Source of the DNA: an uncultured virus (IMG/VR IMGVR_UViG_3300043443_000309)
Lineage: Duplodnaviria > Heunggongvirae > Uroviricota > Caudoviricetes
Length of the DNA stretch: 45,956 nt
Reading direction: 5' to 3' (one strand)
Virus record (IMG/VR): IMGVR_UViG_3300043443_000309
Within the stretch, counting starts at the first letter, position 1. Each line of letters begins with the position of its first letter. The translations under genes were made by a program, and so were the position numbers. Shown piece by piece: positions 29,958-38,468 of the stretch. The notes under the pieces were generated by a model that was not told where the DNA came from, did no database searches, and worked only from the letters and a program-made list of their open reading frames with translations.

Positions 29958-30039
29958 GGGAAGGCGGTAAAGTTGGAGAGTTACGGCTGGCTGTAAACCA
30001 GTTCCATTAGGTGAGGGGGTTCGAATCCCTCCCTTCCCA
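29958..30039 (+). tRNA. tRNA-Tyr(GTA)
   Basis: Cloverleaf GGGAAGG/CCTTCCC, GCTGG-CTGTAAA-CCAGT, long variable arm, TTCGAAT; C at position 8. Confidence 0.88.
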
Positions 30040-30046
30040 TTCACAA

Positions 30047-30119
30047 GCCGGTTTAGCTCAGTTGGTAGAGTCCCTGATTTGTAATCAGGTTGTCGGCGGT
30101 TCGAATCCGTCAATCGGCA
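30047..30119 (+). tRNA. tRNA-Thr(TGT)
   Basis: Cloverleaf, CCTGA-TTTGTAA-TCAGG. Confidence 0.93.
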
Positions 30120-30146
30120 CTTTAGAAACACCAAAAGGAATTAGTT

Positions 30147-30608
30147 ATGGACGAGCAGAGCATTGACCTTTACATCGACGCGGAGATCGCGAAGATTGAA
30201 GAGCATCGCCAAAAGCTAAAGAAGCACTTGGCTAAGAAGAAAAAGCCAATTGAATTCCTAAAGAAAGGCGACATTGTTTACATGGCCCTTGGTGGTGGTC
30301 GAAATGTTGAACAAATGTTCTGCTCGTACATCGTAAAAGACGAGGGCGAAGTTCAGTATTTGACAAGAAGCAAGAACCCGAAAATCTGCATTCGCCAAAA
30401 CAAGATGAAACTTATGGCACTTGCGAATTACCGTGCTAAGGATTATGATTATCCTCGTAACATTCATTTTGAAAGTTGGCGTATGCCTCCATCCTCCGGT
30501 GCTATACAAACTGTTCACAGCTATAATCCTAATGCTCTATCAAGCAAGATTTATACTGATGAATGGATTAGAACAAACGTACTGGACCGCAAGAAGGAGA
30601 CAGCATGA
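30147..30608 (+). CDS. hypothetical protein
   Basis: AAGGA RBS. Confidence 0.65.
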   Translation: MDEQSIDLYIDAEIAKIEEHRQKLKKHLAKKKKPIEFLKKGDIVYMALGGGRNVEQMFCSYIVKDEGEVQYLTRSKNPKICIRQNKMKLMALANYRAKDYDYPRNIHFESWRMPPSSGAIQTVHSYNPNALSSKIYTDEWIRTNVLDRKKETA

Positions 30609-30826
30609 AGTTTTGGTTGTACTACTTCTACTATTCGTTGAAGTATCTGTATTATTCAGTATTCAAAAAGCAGTTTGAAAAGGGTGACTTACTAACAATG
30701 GAAAAGGATGTATACATGGTGACAACCGTTACTCCTTTGACAGTAACGATGCGAAAGGTAAGAGACTTCGATAACACAGAAACAACAAGGATTATCGACG
30801 GTCTAGACGATGTAAATAAGCTATGA
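30605..30826 (+). CDS. hypothetical protein
   Basis: AAGGAG RBS, ATGA overlap. Confidence 0.6.
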   Translation: MKFWLYYFYYSLKYLYYSVFKKQFEKGDLLTMEKDVYMVTTVTPLTVTMRKVRDFDNTETTRIIDGLDDVNKL

Positions 30827-31269
30827 CCGTAATAGATAATCTATTTTACAACTATTACGAAGCACTAGAAACACAAGGCAAAGGCGGCGATGCATTCTTG
30901 ATTTACTCTATGTGGGTCATGGAATGCCTAAAAGACTTGCTATCCAAGCATAGTGAGATCCCAGCAGAATACGTCGAAGTGTACGACGCTGCTTCACAAT
31001 GGCTTGCTGGCGATCTACCTTATGACCAGCTAGAACAATGCTTCTACAATCTAAACATACCAGTGGAACCAGCAGAAGACGCTGTAAGTACCTGTTTATT
31101 TGCACTATTAGGAGAAGGTGATGGAGTATCCCATGTTGAAGGTGAATCGAGAATTGCTTTTTTGTTGGCAAGTAATGAAGAAGAAGCAATCGAAATGAGG
31201 ATGAACCATTATTTCTTGCTCATGCAAATCGCTGACGAGTATTTCAAGGCTAACGAAAGCAAGACCTAG
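30823..31269 (+). CDS. hypothetical acidic helical protein
   Basis: ATGA overlap. Confidence 0.6.
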   Translation: MTVIDNLFYNYYEALETQGKGGDAFLIYSMWVMECLKDLLSKHSEIPAEYVEVYDAASQWLAGDLPYDQLEQCFYNLNIPVEPAEDAVSTCLFALLGEGDGVSHVEGESRIAFLLASNEEEAIEMRMNHYFLLMQIADEYFKANESKT

Positions 31270-31343
31270 ACCGGTTGACAACCTCTTGACTTGACGACGG
31301 CAACCGAACCCGCTATAATGAAAGCACAACAGACGGAGAGTAA

Positions 31344-31535
31344 ATGACGAACGACGACATTCGCGGTTATGTTCTTATGCTGGCAATCACAGCATTCATT
31401 AGTTTCTTGGGCGGTTTGTGGGTTTCCCAAGTAAATTGGAATAATGGTTGTGAAAGGGAATGTTTGCCTTTTGCTATTGATCGGGATAGGACTATGAACG
31501 ATTACACTTGTCGCTGCTTGACTGATGGAGAATAA
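31344..31535 (+). CDS. small TM/Cys protein (paralog of 43288..43479)
   Basis: TM plus GCEREC.PFA.DRD.T..Y.C.C. Confidence 0.7.
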   Translation: MTNDDIRGYVLMLAITAFISFLGGLWVSQVNWNNGCERECLPFAIDRDRTMNDYTCRCLTDGE

Positions 31536-31536
31536 A

Positions 31537-31863
31537 ATGAATAAGTGGCCCGAAAACATTAGGTTATTTGTCAATGGTGGTCCCGATGATAGTTGCCAAC
31601 TATGGGACATTTGGCACGACGGAGGACCGGGAGGTCATTGTTTCGATGCTTATTCCGAGCAAATGGCAAATGAGATTGTGTCTGCTATTGATGAACTTCA
31701 AAACCTAAGAGAAGAAAATAAGCGACTTGTTCTTGAACTATCAAAAATCGATAAGTTGCTCCGTGAAGGCTTCGACATTATCAACGAGCATCTTTCATCT
31801 TCTCACGAAGTTTGGATGGAAGAAACAGCAAAACTATTGGAGAATAATAATGAACATCGGTGA
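31537..31863 (+). CDS. hypothetical protein (paralog of 42929..43288)
   Basis: MNKWP..IRLFVNGGPDD.CQLWDIWHDGGPGG. Confidence 0.75.
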   Translation: MNKWPENIRLFVNGGPDDSCQLWDIWHDGGPGGHCFDAYSEQMANEIVSAIDELQNLREENKRLVLELSKIDKLLREGFDIINEHLSSSHEVWMEETAKLLENNNEHR

Positions 31864-32446
31864 TAAAGTAATGCCCAAATCTGCTGCCGGTTTGTGGCTG
31901 GCTGATCAACCTAGAAACAGTGATTACAATCAAAAGCGTAAGTCGCTCTGTGTTTTCCGTGGTGTAGGAACTATTGTGGATGTGGTGGATTGTGTTATTG
32001 ATTACGATCAATGGCCTGCCACTTACGATGATGGAGAAGCACGCTACGCAAACATAGGAAAGGTTGATTATCGCAGTTGCTTTGTTCGCTTTGAGGACGG
32101 AGAAGGATGGGCCGGAGCAGGAGCATTGATCCCGGCAGACCAAGTAATGCCCGGACTGCCTAGCGATCTTCCAACATTTACACAAGCCGAAATCGACACG
32201 ATAATTCTACAAAATAGAATTCACGCTTGGCTTGTAAATACCTCCGAGTGGGGAGCGAGTTGGCAAATTTCTAGATACGGAACTGGATTTGAACTTTCCT
32301 TTCTACGACGCGGTTCCTATGAGTTTGTTGGAAAGTTCTATTGGAACCTAACTTGGATTGCTGTTCCGTTTGACGGAGAAGCTGCTGGATTTTCAACGGC
32401 AGAAGAAGCAAGACAATACATAGAGAAGTTCGCAAAGGAGGACTGA
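31850..32446 (+). CDS. hypothetical protein
   Basis: GGAG RBS, MNIGDKV start. Confidence 0.6.
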   Translation: MNIGDKVMPKSAAGLWLADQPRNSDYNQKRKSLCVFRGVGTIVDVVDCVIDYDQWPATYDDGEARYANIGKVDYRSCFVRFEDGEGWAGAGALIPADQVMPGLPSDLPTFTQAEIDTIILQNRIHAWLVNTSEWGASWQISRYGTGFELSFLRRGSYEFVGKFYWNLTWIAVPFDGEAAGFSTAEEARQYIEKFAKED

Positions 32447-32447
32447 A

Positions 32448-32678
32448 ATGACTGAAACTTGGGAAGTGCTAGAAAGTTGGGAAAACTTCAATCGTTATCG
32501 CCCTGAAAATCCCGAAGTTTGGTGGACCTTACGCCGTCGAACTGCTCCCGGTGGATGGCTTTATCAAGCAAGAACCTTATTCAAAGAGAGTGGTGGTGGA
32601 ACTTACGCCTACCGCATCACATCAGAGCAAATGGCTTTGACCTTTGTTCCAGCACCTTCGGCCTTGACGACCCCTTGA
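32448..32678 (+). CDS. hypothetical protein
   Basis: GGAGG RBS; PGGWL motif. Confidence 0.65.
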   Translation: MTETWEVLESWENFNRYRPENPEVWWTLRRRTAPGGWLYQARTLFKESGGGTYAYRITSEQMALTFVPAPSALTTP

Positions 32679-32732
32679 CTTGACAGCGACCCTCGACCAC
32701 GCTATAATGAAAGCACAACGAACGAGGAATAA

Positions 32733-33029
32733 GTGTCTGACCCTGAAATCAGAGTTAGCTCAAAAGGCACAAAAGAGTGGCGGCTGAATGGACTGCTTCA
32801 TCGAGAGGACGGCCCTGCTATTGAATGGGCTGACGGATCAAAAGAATGGCGTTTGAATGGTAAATTTCACAGGACTGACGGCCCTGCTATTGAGTGGATT
32901 AGTACTGCTGGTGTCACAAAAAAGTGGTATTTGAATGGCACAAAGGTTTCTTGGCAAGAAGTTCTCAAACAAGCAGAGACAGAAGAAATCGAGTTGAGAA
33001 TTCTCATCGCCGCCTTGACGACCGCTTGA
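32733..33029 (+). CDS. HREDGPA-repeat protein (2 repeats)
   Basis: W.LNG.LHREDGPA.E units; C-terminal IELRIL. Confidence 0.8.
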   Translation: MSDPEIRVSSKGTKEWRLNGLLHREDGPAIEWADGSKEWRLNGKFHRTDGPAIEWISTAGVTKKWYLNGTKVSWQEVLKQAETEEIELRILIAALTTA

Positions 33030-33192
33030 CAAGAAAACGATTGACTGTCCGCCACCACCGCGTTATAATAACAACAACAAAAGAGGGAACCATGAACGAG
33101 TACGATGATCTTTACTTTGAGCCAGTCATGTACGGGTTTGATCCCGACTATGATCCGGTTCCTGACGATCTAGACAATCTTTGACAAATAAA

Positions 33193-33379
33193 GGCGAGTA
33201 AGCATCATTTTATAATGCGTTCAAAGTCTGCACGAACGCCACGATCTAGTCCTATTATCTAGGATCCCGAAAGGGAAGTTGACGCTTTGACTAGGGAGGC
33301 AAGCCCTAAAGAGAGCTACCGCTTACATTCGTGAGAATGGCCGGGTCTTTTATCTAGTTATGCTGACCCGGCCTCGCCA
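33193..33379 (+). ncRNA. unidentified structured ncRNA
   Basis: Intergenic; terminal helix GGCGAG/CTCGCC encloses several helices including two GNRA-capped hairpins. Confidence 0.65.
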
Positions 33380-33408
33380 CCCCCTTCTAACACAACAAAG
33401 GAAATAAC

Positions 33409-33561
33409 ATGAACGACACTATCGAATTTGGAAGCTTCAACGAAGAACAAGTAAGTTCTCTGATCGAGCAGCTTGATCTCGTCGCGGCACAAACTGGTCG
33501 AGAATTGAAGTTTGAGCACATTTCTATTTGGCTTATGATGTGTAAGCCAGCCGTCGCGTAA
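33409..33561 (+). CDS. small hypothetical protein (50 aa)
   Basis: AAGGA RBS, MNDTIEFG.. Confidence 0.5.
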   Translation: MNDTIEFGSFNEEQVSSLIEQLDLVAAQTGRELKFEHISIWLMMCKPAVA

Positions 33562-33607
33562 AGAAGATGTAAACCGATTTGACGAACACCAACCAACAGG
33601 ATACATT

Positions 33608-33796
33608 ATGACTACCAACAAGGAGAAGCGTATGCACATCGGATCTAAGGTTATTGCTAAGGGTAATCCTCGTAATGCAGGTATTATCATCGAACGTCCT
33701 GCAATTCACGGATTTTGGACCGTTCGCTGGTGGCGCGGTGAGAACCGAGGAGAAATCCGCATTTGTTCTGAGGAAAAGCTGGAACTCATTGCATGA
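33608..33796 (+). CDS. small hypothetical protein
   Basis: Downstream of TTGACG-N17-TACATT (33579-33607); real start may be the internal ATG after AGGAG. Confidence 0.55.
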   Translation: MTTNKEKRMHIGSKVIAKGNPRNAGIIIERPAIHGFWTVRWWRGENRGEIRICSEEKLELIA

Positions 33797-33821
33797 GCCT
33801 AGTTAGTTAGAGGGCACCATA

Positions 33822-34079
33822 ATGAGTGACAACGACGACGAAGATAAGAAGAACCTGCCTAGAATTACGTTCATTGTCCGTAAGGACGAGGAAATGACAC
33901 CGGAGCAGGAAGAAAAACTAAGAAATCGGTTGGCTATGTTACTTGGTGCCTATGCCGAAAGCCAAGAAGAAGCAGCAAAGCTAACTCATGGCCAAAGCAA
34001 GAAAAGAAAGAAGGTTGTTTTTCAACCTTATAAAAGTGTACCAAATCCAGCATTGAACAGGGAAGAATTAGATGACTAA
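33822..34079 (+). CDS. hypothetical protein
   Basis: GAGG RBS. Confidence 0.55.
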   Translation: MSDNDDEDKKNLPRITFIVRKDEEMTPEQEEKLRNRLAMLLGAYAESQEEAAKLTHGQSKKRKKVVFQPYKSVPNPALNREELDD

Positions 34080-34440
34080 AGTATTTGTATACGGAACTTT
34101 GAGGGCAGGAGACGTAAATCACGTTTACTTGAAGCAAAGCAGCTTTGTGGAAAAGAACACCACAGAACCTCAGTATACCTTGGTCAATCTTGGATTGTTC
34201 CCAGCAATGCTCGCAAAGGGCAATACTGCCGTTCACGGTGAAGTCTACAATGTTGACGATAGAACCTTGCTAACTTTGGATCGACTTGAAGGACACCCAA
34301 ACTTCTATGTTCGTGAGCAAATCAAACTTAGCAATGGTGAACAAGTCAACGCTTATGTCATGCCCGATAATAACGTAGGAAAGCATACAGTTATCGAATC
34401 GGGCGACTGGTTCCAAGTACCGTCCTACAACGTCACATGA
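34072..34440 (+). CDS. gamma-glutamylcyclotransferase/AIG2-like
   Basis: VFVYGTLR, FPAM, GEVY, LDRLEG. Confidence 0.9.
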   Translation: MTKVFVYGTLRAGDVNHVYLKQSSFVEKNTTEPQYTLVNLGLFPAMLAKGNTAVHGEVYNVDDRTLLTLDRLEGHPNFYVREQIKLSNGEQVNAYVMPDNNVGKHTVIESGDWFQVPSYNVT

Positions 34441-34622
34441 CATTTCAGCAATTCATAGACGGCCTGAATAGAGCCTTCGAAGCCAGCGAAAATCCCGGTT
34501 GGGATAAAAAGCAGGTTCTTCTTGAAGCTCTTAGAGAATACCGTTACGATCTTTGGGTTATTATTGCTGGACAAGAATTCGAAGTCAGTAATCTAATGCC
34601 ATTTTTGCAAAGTCGATGGTGA
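34437..34622 (+). CDS. hypothetical protein
   Basis: ATGA overlap. Confidence 0.5.
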   Translation: MTFQQFIDGLNRAFEASENPGWDKKQVLLEALREYRYDLWVIIAGQEFEVSNLMPFLQSRW

Positions 34623-34715
34623 GTGTCGTTGACGAAATCTTGACTTGACGCCGACCGTCAGCCGTGGTACATTATGAACAGTCGAGGGCAGAGACTATAA
34701 ACCTGCCCGCACCTT

Positions 34716-34788
34716 GGTCCCATAGTTTATGTGGTGAGAACATAGCCCTTTCAAGGCTAGGAGTCGAGTTCAAGTCTCGATGGGACTA
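34716..34788 (+). tRNA. tRNA-Glu(TTC)
   Basis: Cloverleaf, TAGCC-CTTTCAA-GGCTA. Confidence 0.92.
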
Positions 34789-35480
34789 CTTTTCTTTTTA
34801 CTATGAACTCTAATGTGCTTTCTAATAGCATTATCAGAGACACCTAACTTCCTACCTACGGCTACATAAGAAGTTTCTCCTACCATCCTAGTAAGTTCTT
34901 CTACCGAAGGCCATTCGATCCTCGGCGCGCCAGTTATAGGAAGATTACAGGCAACACAACGAGTTGAGCCTCTTGTTATTTCAACACCGCAGTCAACACA
35001 GTTATAGATTTTCTTTTTCTTTTTGACGTTTCTACCAGCATAAGTTTCTGTCTGACTATGGCAGTTGGGACACAGTAGACGCAAGTTTTCTATTCTATTG
35101 TCATTGCTGACCCCATTAATGTGATCTAAATGTAAACTTAAACCTGCTCCATTCCACTCGCTAATGCCACACTTTGAACAACAATAGTCAAGTAAGCCTT
35201 CCTTTGTAAGTCGCTTTTTTAGCTTGTCAGAGCTTCTATAGGTCGAATCTTGAACTAGAATTTCTTCAAGCTCTCGTTTATTGAACTTTGTGTAAGCACG
35301 CCTAACGATAGAAACGCCGAAATGGCTTATGTCCAATTTTAGCGCCTTAACTCTTGAGTGGAAAACAGTGTAAGAAGCCCCGCTAGCGGCTAAATCTAAT
35401 TTTCGTAAACAGTCTCTTATACTGTTGCTGGTTTTTACAACCTCAACGAACTCTTGTTCAGTAAACGACTTTGATTTCAT
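34770..35480 (-). CDS. HNH endonuclease with C-terminal HTH-like domain
   Basis: LHLDHINGVSNDNRIENLRLLCPNCHSQT; start MKSKS after ACTACTTA/GGGAG. Confidence 0.92.
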   Translation of the reverse strand: MKSKSFTEQEFVEVVKTSNSIRDCLRKLDLAASGASYTVFHSRVKALKLDISHFGVSIVRRAYTKFNKRELEEILVQDSTYRSSDKLKKRLTKEGLLDYCCSKCGISEWNGAGLSLHLDHINGVSNDNRIENLRLLCPNCHSQTETYAGRNVKKKKKIYNCVDCGVEITRGSTRCVACNLPITGAPRIEWPSVEELTRMVGETSYVAVGRKLGVSDNAIRKHIRVHSKKKSSPIET

Positions 35481-35605
35481 TCGAACTCTCCCTTTGTTAC
35501 ATAGTAAGTAGTTCGGGGTTCGACAAAAAGCTTCGGTTGACAGAAAATTCACTTGACGACCGCTGACCGATGCGTTATAATAACAACACAACAACAGGAA
35601 GGAAT

Positions 35606-35860
35606 GTGTCTGATAAATCTAAAATGCTGATCTTGAAAGAACAAATGTTTCAAGGCAGAAGTTATGATTGCAAGGTCGTTATGTATAAACCCGACCGGGA
35701 CAAAACAAGAATTTACTGTGAAACCCAGCCAACAAACGGCGCAATGCTCATGACACTTTTCTTTACTTCTATGGAAAAAGCAGAAGATGGTTTTGACCTT
35801 TTGACCTCTATTGTAAAGAGAACGCTTTCCTACCAAGAAAACAAGCACACCAAGGAATGA
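35606..35860 (+). CDS. hypothetical protein
   Basis: Follows promoter 35553-35581. Confidence 0.55.
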   Translation: MSDKSKMLILKEQMFQGRSYDCKVVMYKPDRDKTRIYCETQPTNGAMLMTLFFTSMEKAEDGFDLLTSIVKRTLSYQENKHTKE

Positions 35861-35864
35861 CACA

Positions 35865-36068
35865 ATGGCTTACTGCTATAAGTGTGGTGATGATTATTCT
35901 GATAAGCGCGCTTCTTTGGGCTACCGTACTTGCTTACATTGCGGTGACAAAGAAGCATCAATCGAAGCCCATCGTCGTACAAAGTGCGTTGCCCCTGCTT
36001 ATTCAAAGGGTGCCTATCAGTATGTCGGTGATGTAAAAGAAGTAATGTGGCTAGGCCGAAAGGTCTAG
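35865..36068 (+). CDS. small Zn-finger protein
   Basis: CYKCG..CLHCG..KGAYQ. Confidence 0.7.
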   Translation: MAYCYKCGDDYSDKRASLGYRTCLHCGDKEASIEAHRRTKCVAPAYSKGAYQYVGDVKEVMWLGRKV

Positions 36069-36075
36069 TATCTAA

Positions 36076-36108
36076 GCCCCGATGGTGGAATAGGTAGACG
36101 CATAAGTT
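36076..36108 (+). pseudogene. 5' half of a tRNA-Leu gene
   Basis: GCCCCGATGGTGGAATAGGTAGACGCATAAGTT; part of a 31-bp direct repeat with the intact tRNA-Leu. Confidence 0.85.
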
Positions 36109-36148
36109 ATTTTTCTTTCGTGTTTACTATTTATTGTAGGAGCAAACA

Positions 36149-36670
36149 ATGAACCTACATAAATATACGCTAGAAGAGTTGACAGAAGCCATTAGTACTT
36201 CTAGGTCCATAAGACAAGTCCTGATAAAGTTAGGAGTTGTGCCTTACGGTGGGAACTATGATGTTTTTAGGAAAGCGGTAAAATATTACGATATAAGCAT
36301 AGAACACTTTGACGGACAAGGATGGAATACCGAAGACCACTCAGGAATTCTATCGAAACAATCCTATAAAAAAACTAGAAAGCTTGAAGATATTCTGAAC
36401 AAAAATACCACTTATCCAACTTCAAAGCTTCGAAAAAGATTAGTAAAAGCCGGACTAAAACAGGAACAGTGTCAGATGTGTGGTATTACACACTGGCTCA
36501 ATATACCGGTTTCTCTTGAACTAGACCATATAAATGGTGATAGATACGATAATAGAATTGAAAATCTACGATTATTATGCCCAAACTGTCATTCTACAAC
36601 AGAGACGTACAGAGGTAGGAATAAAAGTAGATATCTAAGCCCCGATGTTGGAATAGGTAGACAACGTTGA
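36149..36670 (+). CDS. HNH endonuclease
   Basis: LELDHINGDRYDNRIENLRLLCPNCHSTT; stop codon lies inside tRNA-Leu. Confidence 0.92.
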   Translation: MNLHKYTLEELTEAISTSRSIRQVLIKLGVVPYGGNYDVFRKAVKYYDISIEHFDGQGWNTEDHSGILSKQSYKKTRKLEDILNKNTTYPTSKLRKRLVKAGLKQEQCQMCGITHWLNIPVSLELDHINGDRYDNRIENLRLLCPNCHSTTETYRGRNKSRYLSPDVGIGRQR

Positions 36671-36720
36671 TTTAAAATCAATTTCCGAAAGGAGTGCCGG
36701 TTCGATTCCGGCTCGGGGCA
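36639..36720 (+). tRNA. tRNA-Leu(TAA)
   Basis: Cloverleaf, GTTGA-TTTAAAA-TCAAT, variable arm. Confidence 0.93.
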
Positions 36721-36739
36721 CTAACAATCTGAGTTTTCA

Positions 36740-36976
36740 ATGACACCAGCGCAACAGAAATACTTCGAAGAATACGACAAATACAAACACATTCTAATCG
36801 AAGAAAATCGAAAGTATGTCGTTACTAACAGACCTTCTACGGTATACGAAGTAGTGTCTATTAGCCAAACAGACGAACGTGTTTCGCTAAAGAATTCAAC
36901 TGGCATCATTGTGTCCAAGACACTTCATTGGTGCCGCAAAAACCTTACCTTACTACTACAACAGGAGAATACATGA
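36740..36976 (+). CDS. hypothetical protein
   Basis: ORF after tRNA. Confidence 0.55.
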   Translation: MTPAQQKYFEEYDKYKHILIEENRKYVVTNRPSTVYEVVSISQTDERVSLKNSTGIIVSKTLHWCRKNLTLLLQQENT

Positions 36977-37488
36977 GCTACCTTGATACTTTGAATACTA
37001 TGAACCTTAAGGATGATACTGACATTGACATTGTTTTTACAGCTTCGGCAGATGTATGGTTTACTGACGATGTTGGCGAACACGATGTTCTTGTAAATAA
37101 GACCAATGCTTTCGAAGCATGGTGGGAGTACATGAACCTTGATACCAATCGTGAAGACCTGCAATACTTTGTTGAGGATGATAGCCACATTTACAACATG
37201 AACGGCTATCACTTGAAGCCGGATGATGAAGGTTATTCCTACGAAGATGATCGTGCAGGCGCTTATCTAGCCGTCAAGGAAAATCCGGGAGATTTGTTTG
37301 ACTTTGCTGAGTGTGAGACAATTCGTTTCGACCACAAGCGAGGACAAGTGCGCGGACAATGGACTTCTTTCATGCCTTGGTGGGCTGTTCGCGAAGCAGA
37401 GGACTTTTGGCAGTGGGTTCAGAAGTATGCTTCAAACCTTGAACTGAGCGTTAGACATAATGGTAAACAGGTTACCCTCGCTCCTTGA
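36973..37488 (+). CDS. acidic hypothetical protein
   Basis: AGGAG RBS, ATGA overlap. Confidence 0.65.
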   Translation: MSYLDTLNTMNLKDDTDIDIVFTASADVWFTDDVGEHDVLVNKTNAFEAWWEYMNLDTNREDLQYFVEDDSHIYNMNGYHLKPDDEGYSYEDDRAGAYLAVKENPGDLFDFAECETIRFDHKRGQVRGQWTSFMPWWAVREAEDFWQWVQKYASNLELSVRHNGKQVTLAP

Positions 37489-37553
37489 CAACCTCTTGAC
37501 TTGACACCGCCAGTGCCTCCGGTTATAATAGAGGCACAAAAGCGAGATCACCG

Positions 37554-37793
37554 ATGATGCCAGCGAAAGAACCTTACGAACTTCCTCTTGACATTATCGA
37601 GAGGATCGAGCAAATCAAGACTGCAACAATGGAGAATACCGAAGATCAGTTTGAATGGACAATCTTCCGTAGTCGCTACGAAGATAGCATGTGGATTATC
37701 CACCGCATCTTTGAAGATGAGGACGAAAAGGACTTTCAAATCGTTGCTTCTAGAATTGCATACCAAACGCCATACTACACTCGCAGTACTTGA
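37554..37793 (+). CDS. hypothetical protein
   Basis: Single gene between two promoter repeats. Confidence 0.6.
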   Translation: MMPAKEPYELPLDIIERIEQIKTATMENTEDQFEWTIFRSRYEDSMWIIHRIFEDEDEKDFQIVASRIAYQTPYYTRST

Positions 37794-37847
37794 CAACCTC
37801 TTGACTTGACAGCAACCGCTCCCTCGGTTATAATAAGGGAACAAAAC

Positions 37848-37920
37848 GGGCTGCTAGCTCAGTTGGTAGAGCAGGAGACTCTTAATCTCTTGGTCATAGG
37901 TTCGAATCCTATGCGGCCCA
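37848..37920 (+). tRNA. tRNA-Lys(CTT)
   Basis: Cloverleaf, GGAGA-CTCTTAA-TCTCT. Confidence 0.94.
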
Positions 37921-37943
37921 TAACAAACAAAAGCGGAGTTTTG

Positions 37944-38114
37944 ATGTACAATTATACACTTACACACGAACAGGTTGACAGAATTCTGTTGCTTCTTTCT
38001 ACACAATCAGATGAGCAAGCAACTGAAATCAAGCTTTCAATCACAAAGCAGAAGAAAGAATGCGAAAAGTGGGAAGAAAGCATTAGCAGTCAATACGTTT
38101 TCACTGGCATTTGA
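37944..38114 (+). CDS. small hypothetical protein
   Basis: GGAG RBS, MYNYTLT. Confidence 0.55.
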   Translation: MYNYTLTHEQVDRILLLLSTQSDEQATEIKLSITKQKKECEKWEESISSQYVFTGI

Positions 38115-38131
38115 CAACAAGGAAGAATAGA

Positions 38132-38413
38132 ATGAACGACTTTATTATCAACGAAAGCAATGTCAAAGACATTTGCGCTGAAATCATCGCAGGACTTATG
38201 AACATGCGAGTTCTTCCTCACGATGTAACTGGCGAAACCTTTGATAAGTGGACTTCGATTGTTGAAAAGCAAATTCGTTATGAGGCACAATACCTTCAAG
38301 ACCAAAAGGAACTTGTTCCAAAGTGCGAGATTTGCGGCGGAACAATGATGGAACATTTCTACCATCCACCGGAAGAAGATAACGATTTGAATGCCGCCTT
38401 GACAATCTCTTGA
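38132..38413 (+). CDS. hypothetical protein
   Basis: AAGGA RBS; CEICG. Confidence 0.6.
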   Translation: MNDFIINESNVKDICAEIIAGLMNMRVLPHDVTGETFDKWTSIVEKQIRYEAQYLQDQKELVPKCEICGGTMMEHFYHPPEEDNDLNAALTIS

Positions 38414-38468
38414 CTTGACAGCGATCCTCAACCACGCTATAATGAAAGCACAACAGACGGAGAGCAAG

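Noticed and set aside
33181..33216. TTGACA..TATAAT promoter
   Set aside because: Spacer is 24 bp, whereas the other promoters here have 16-17
33193..33381. tmRNA, RNase P RNA or 6S RNA
   Set aside because: No G3:U70 pair, T loop or tag ORF; only vague echoes of RNase P conserved regions; not a single long bulged hairpin
37806..37943. N-terminal extension of ORF 37806..38114
   Set aside because: Runs through a promoter and tRNA-Lys; a better RBS and ATG exist at 37944
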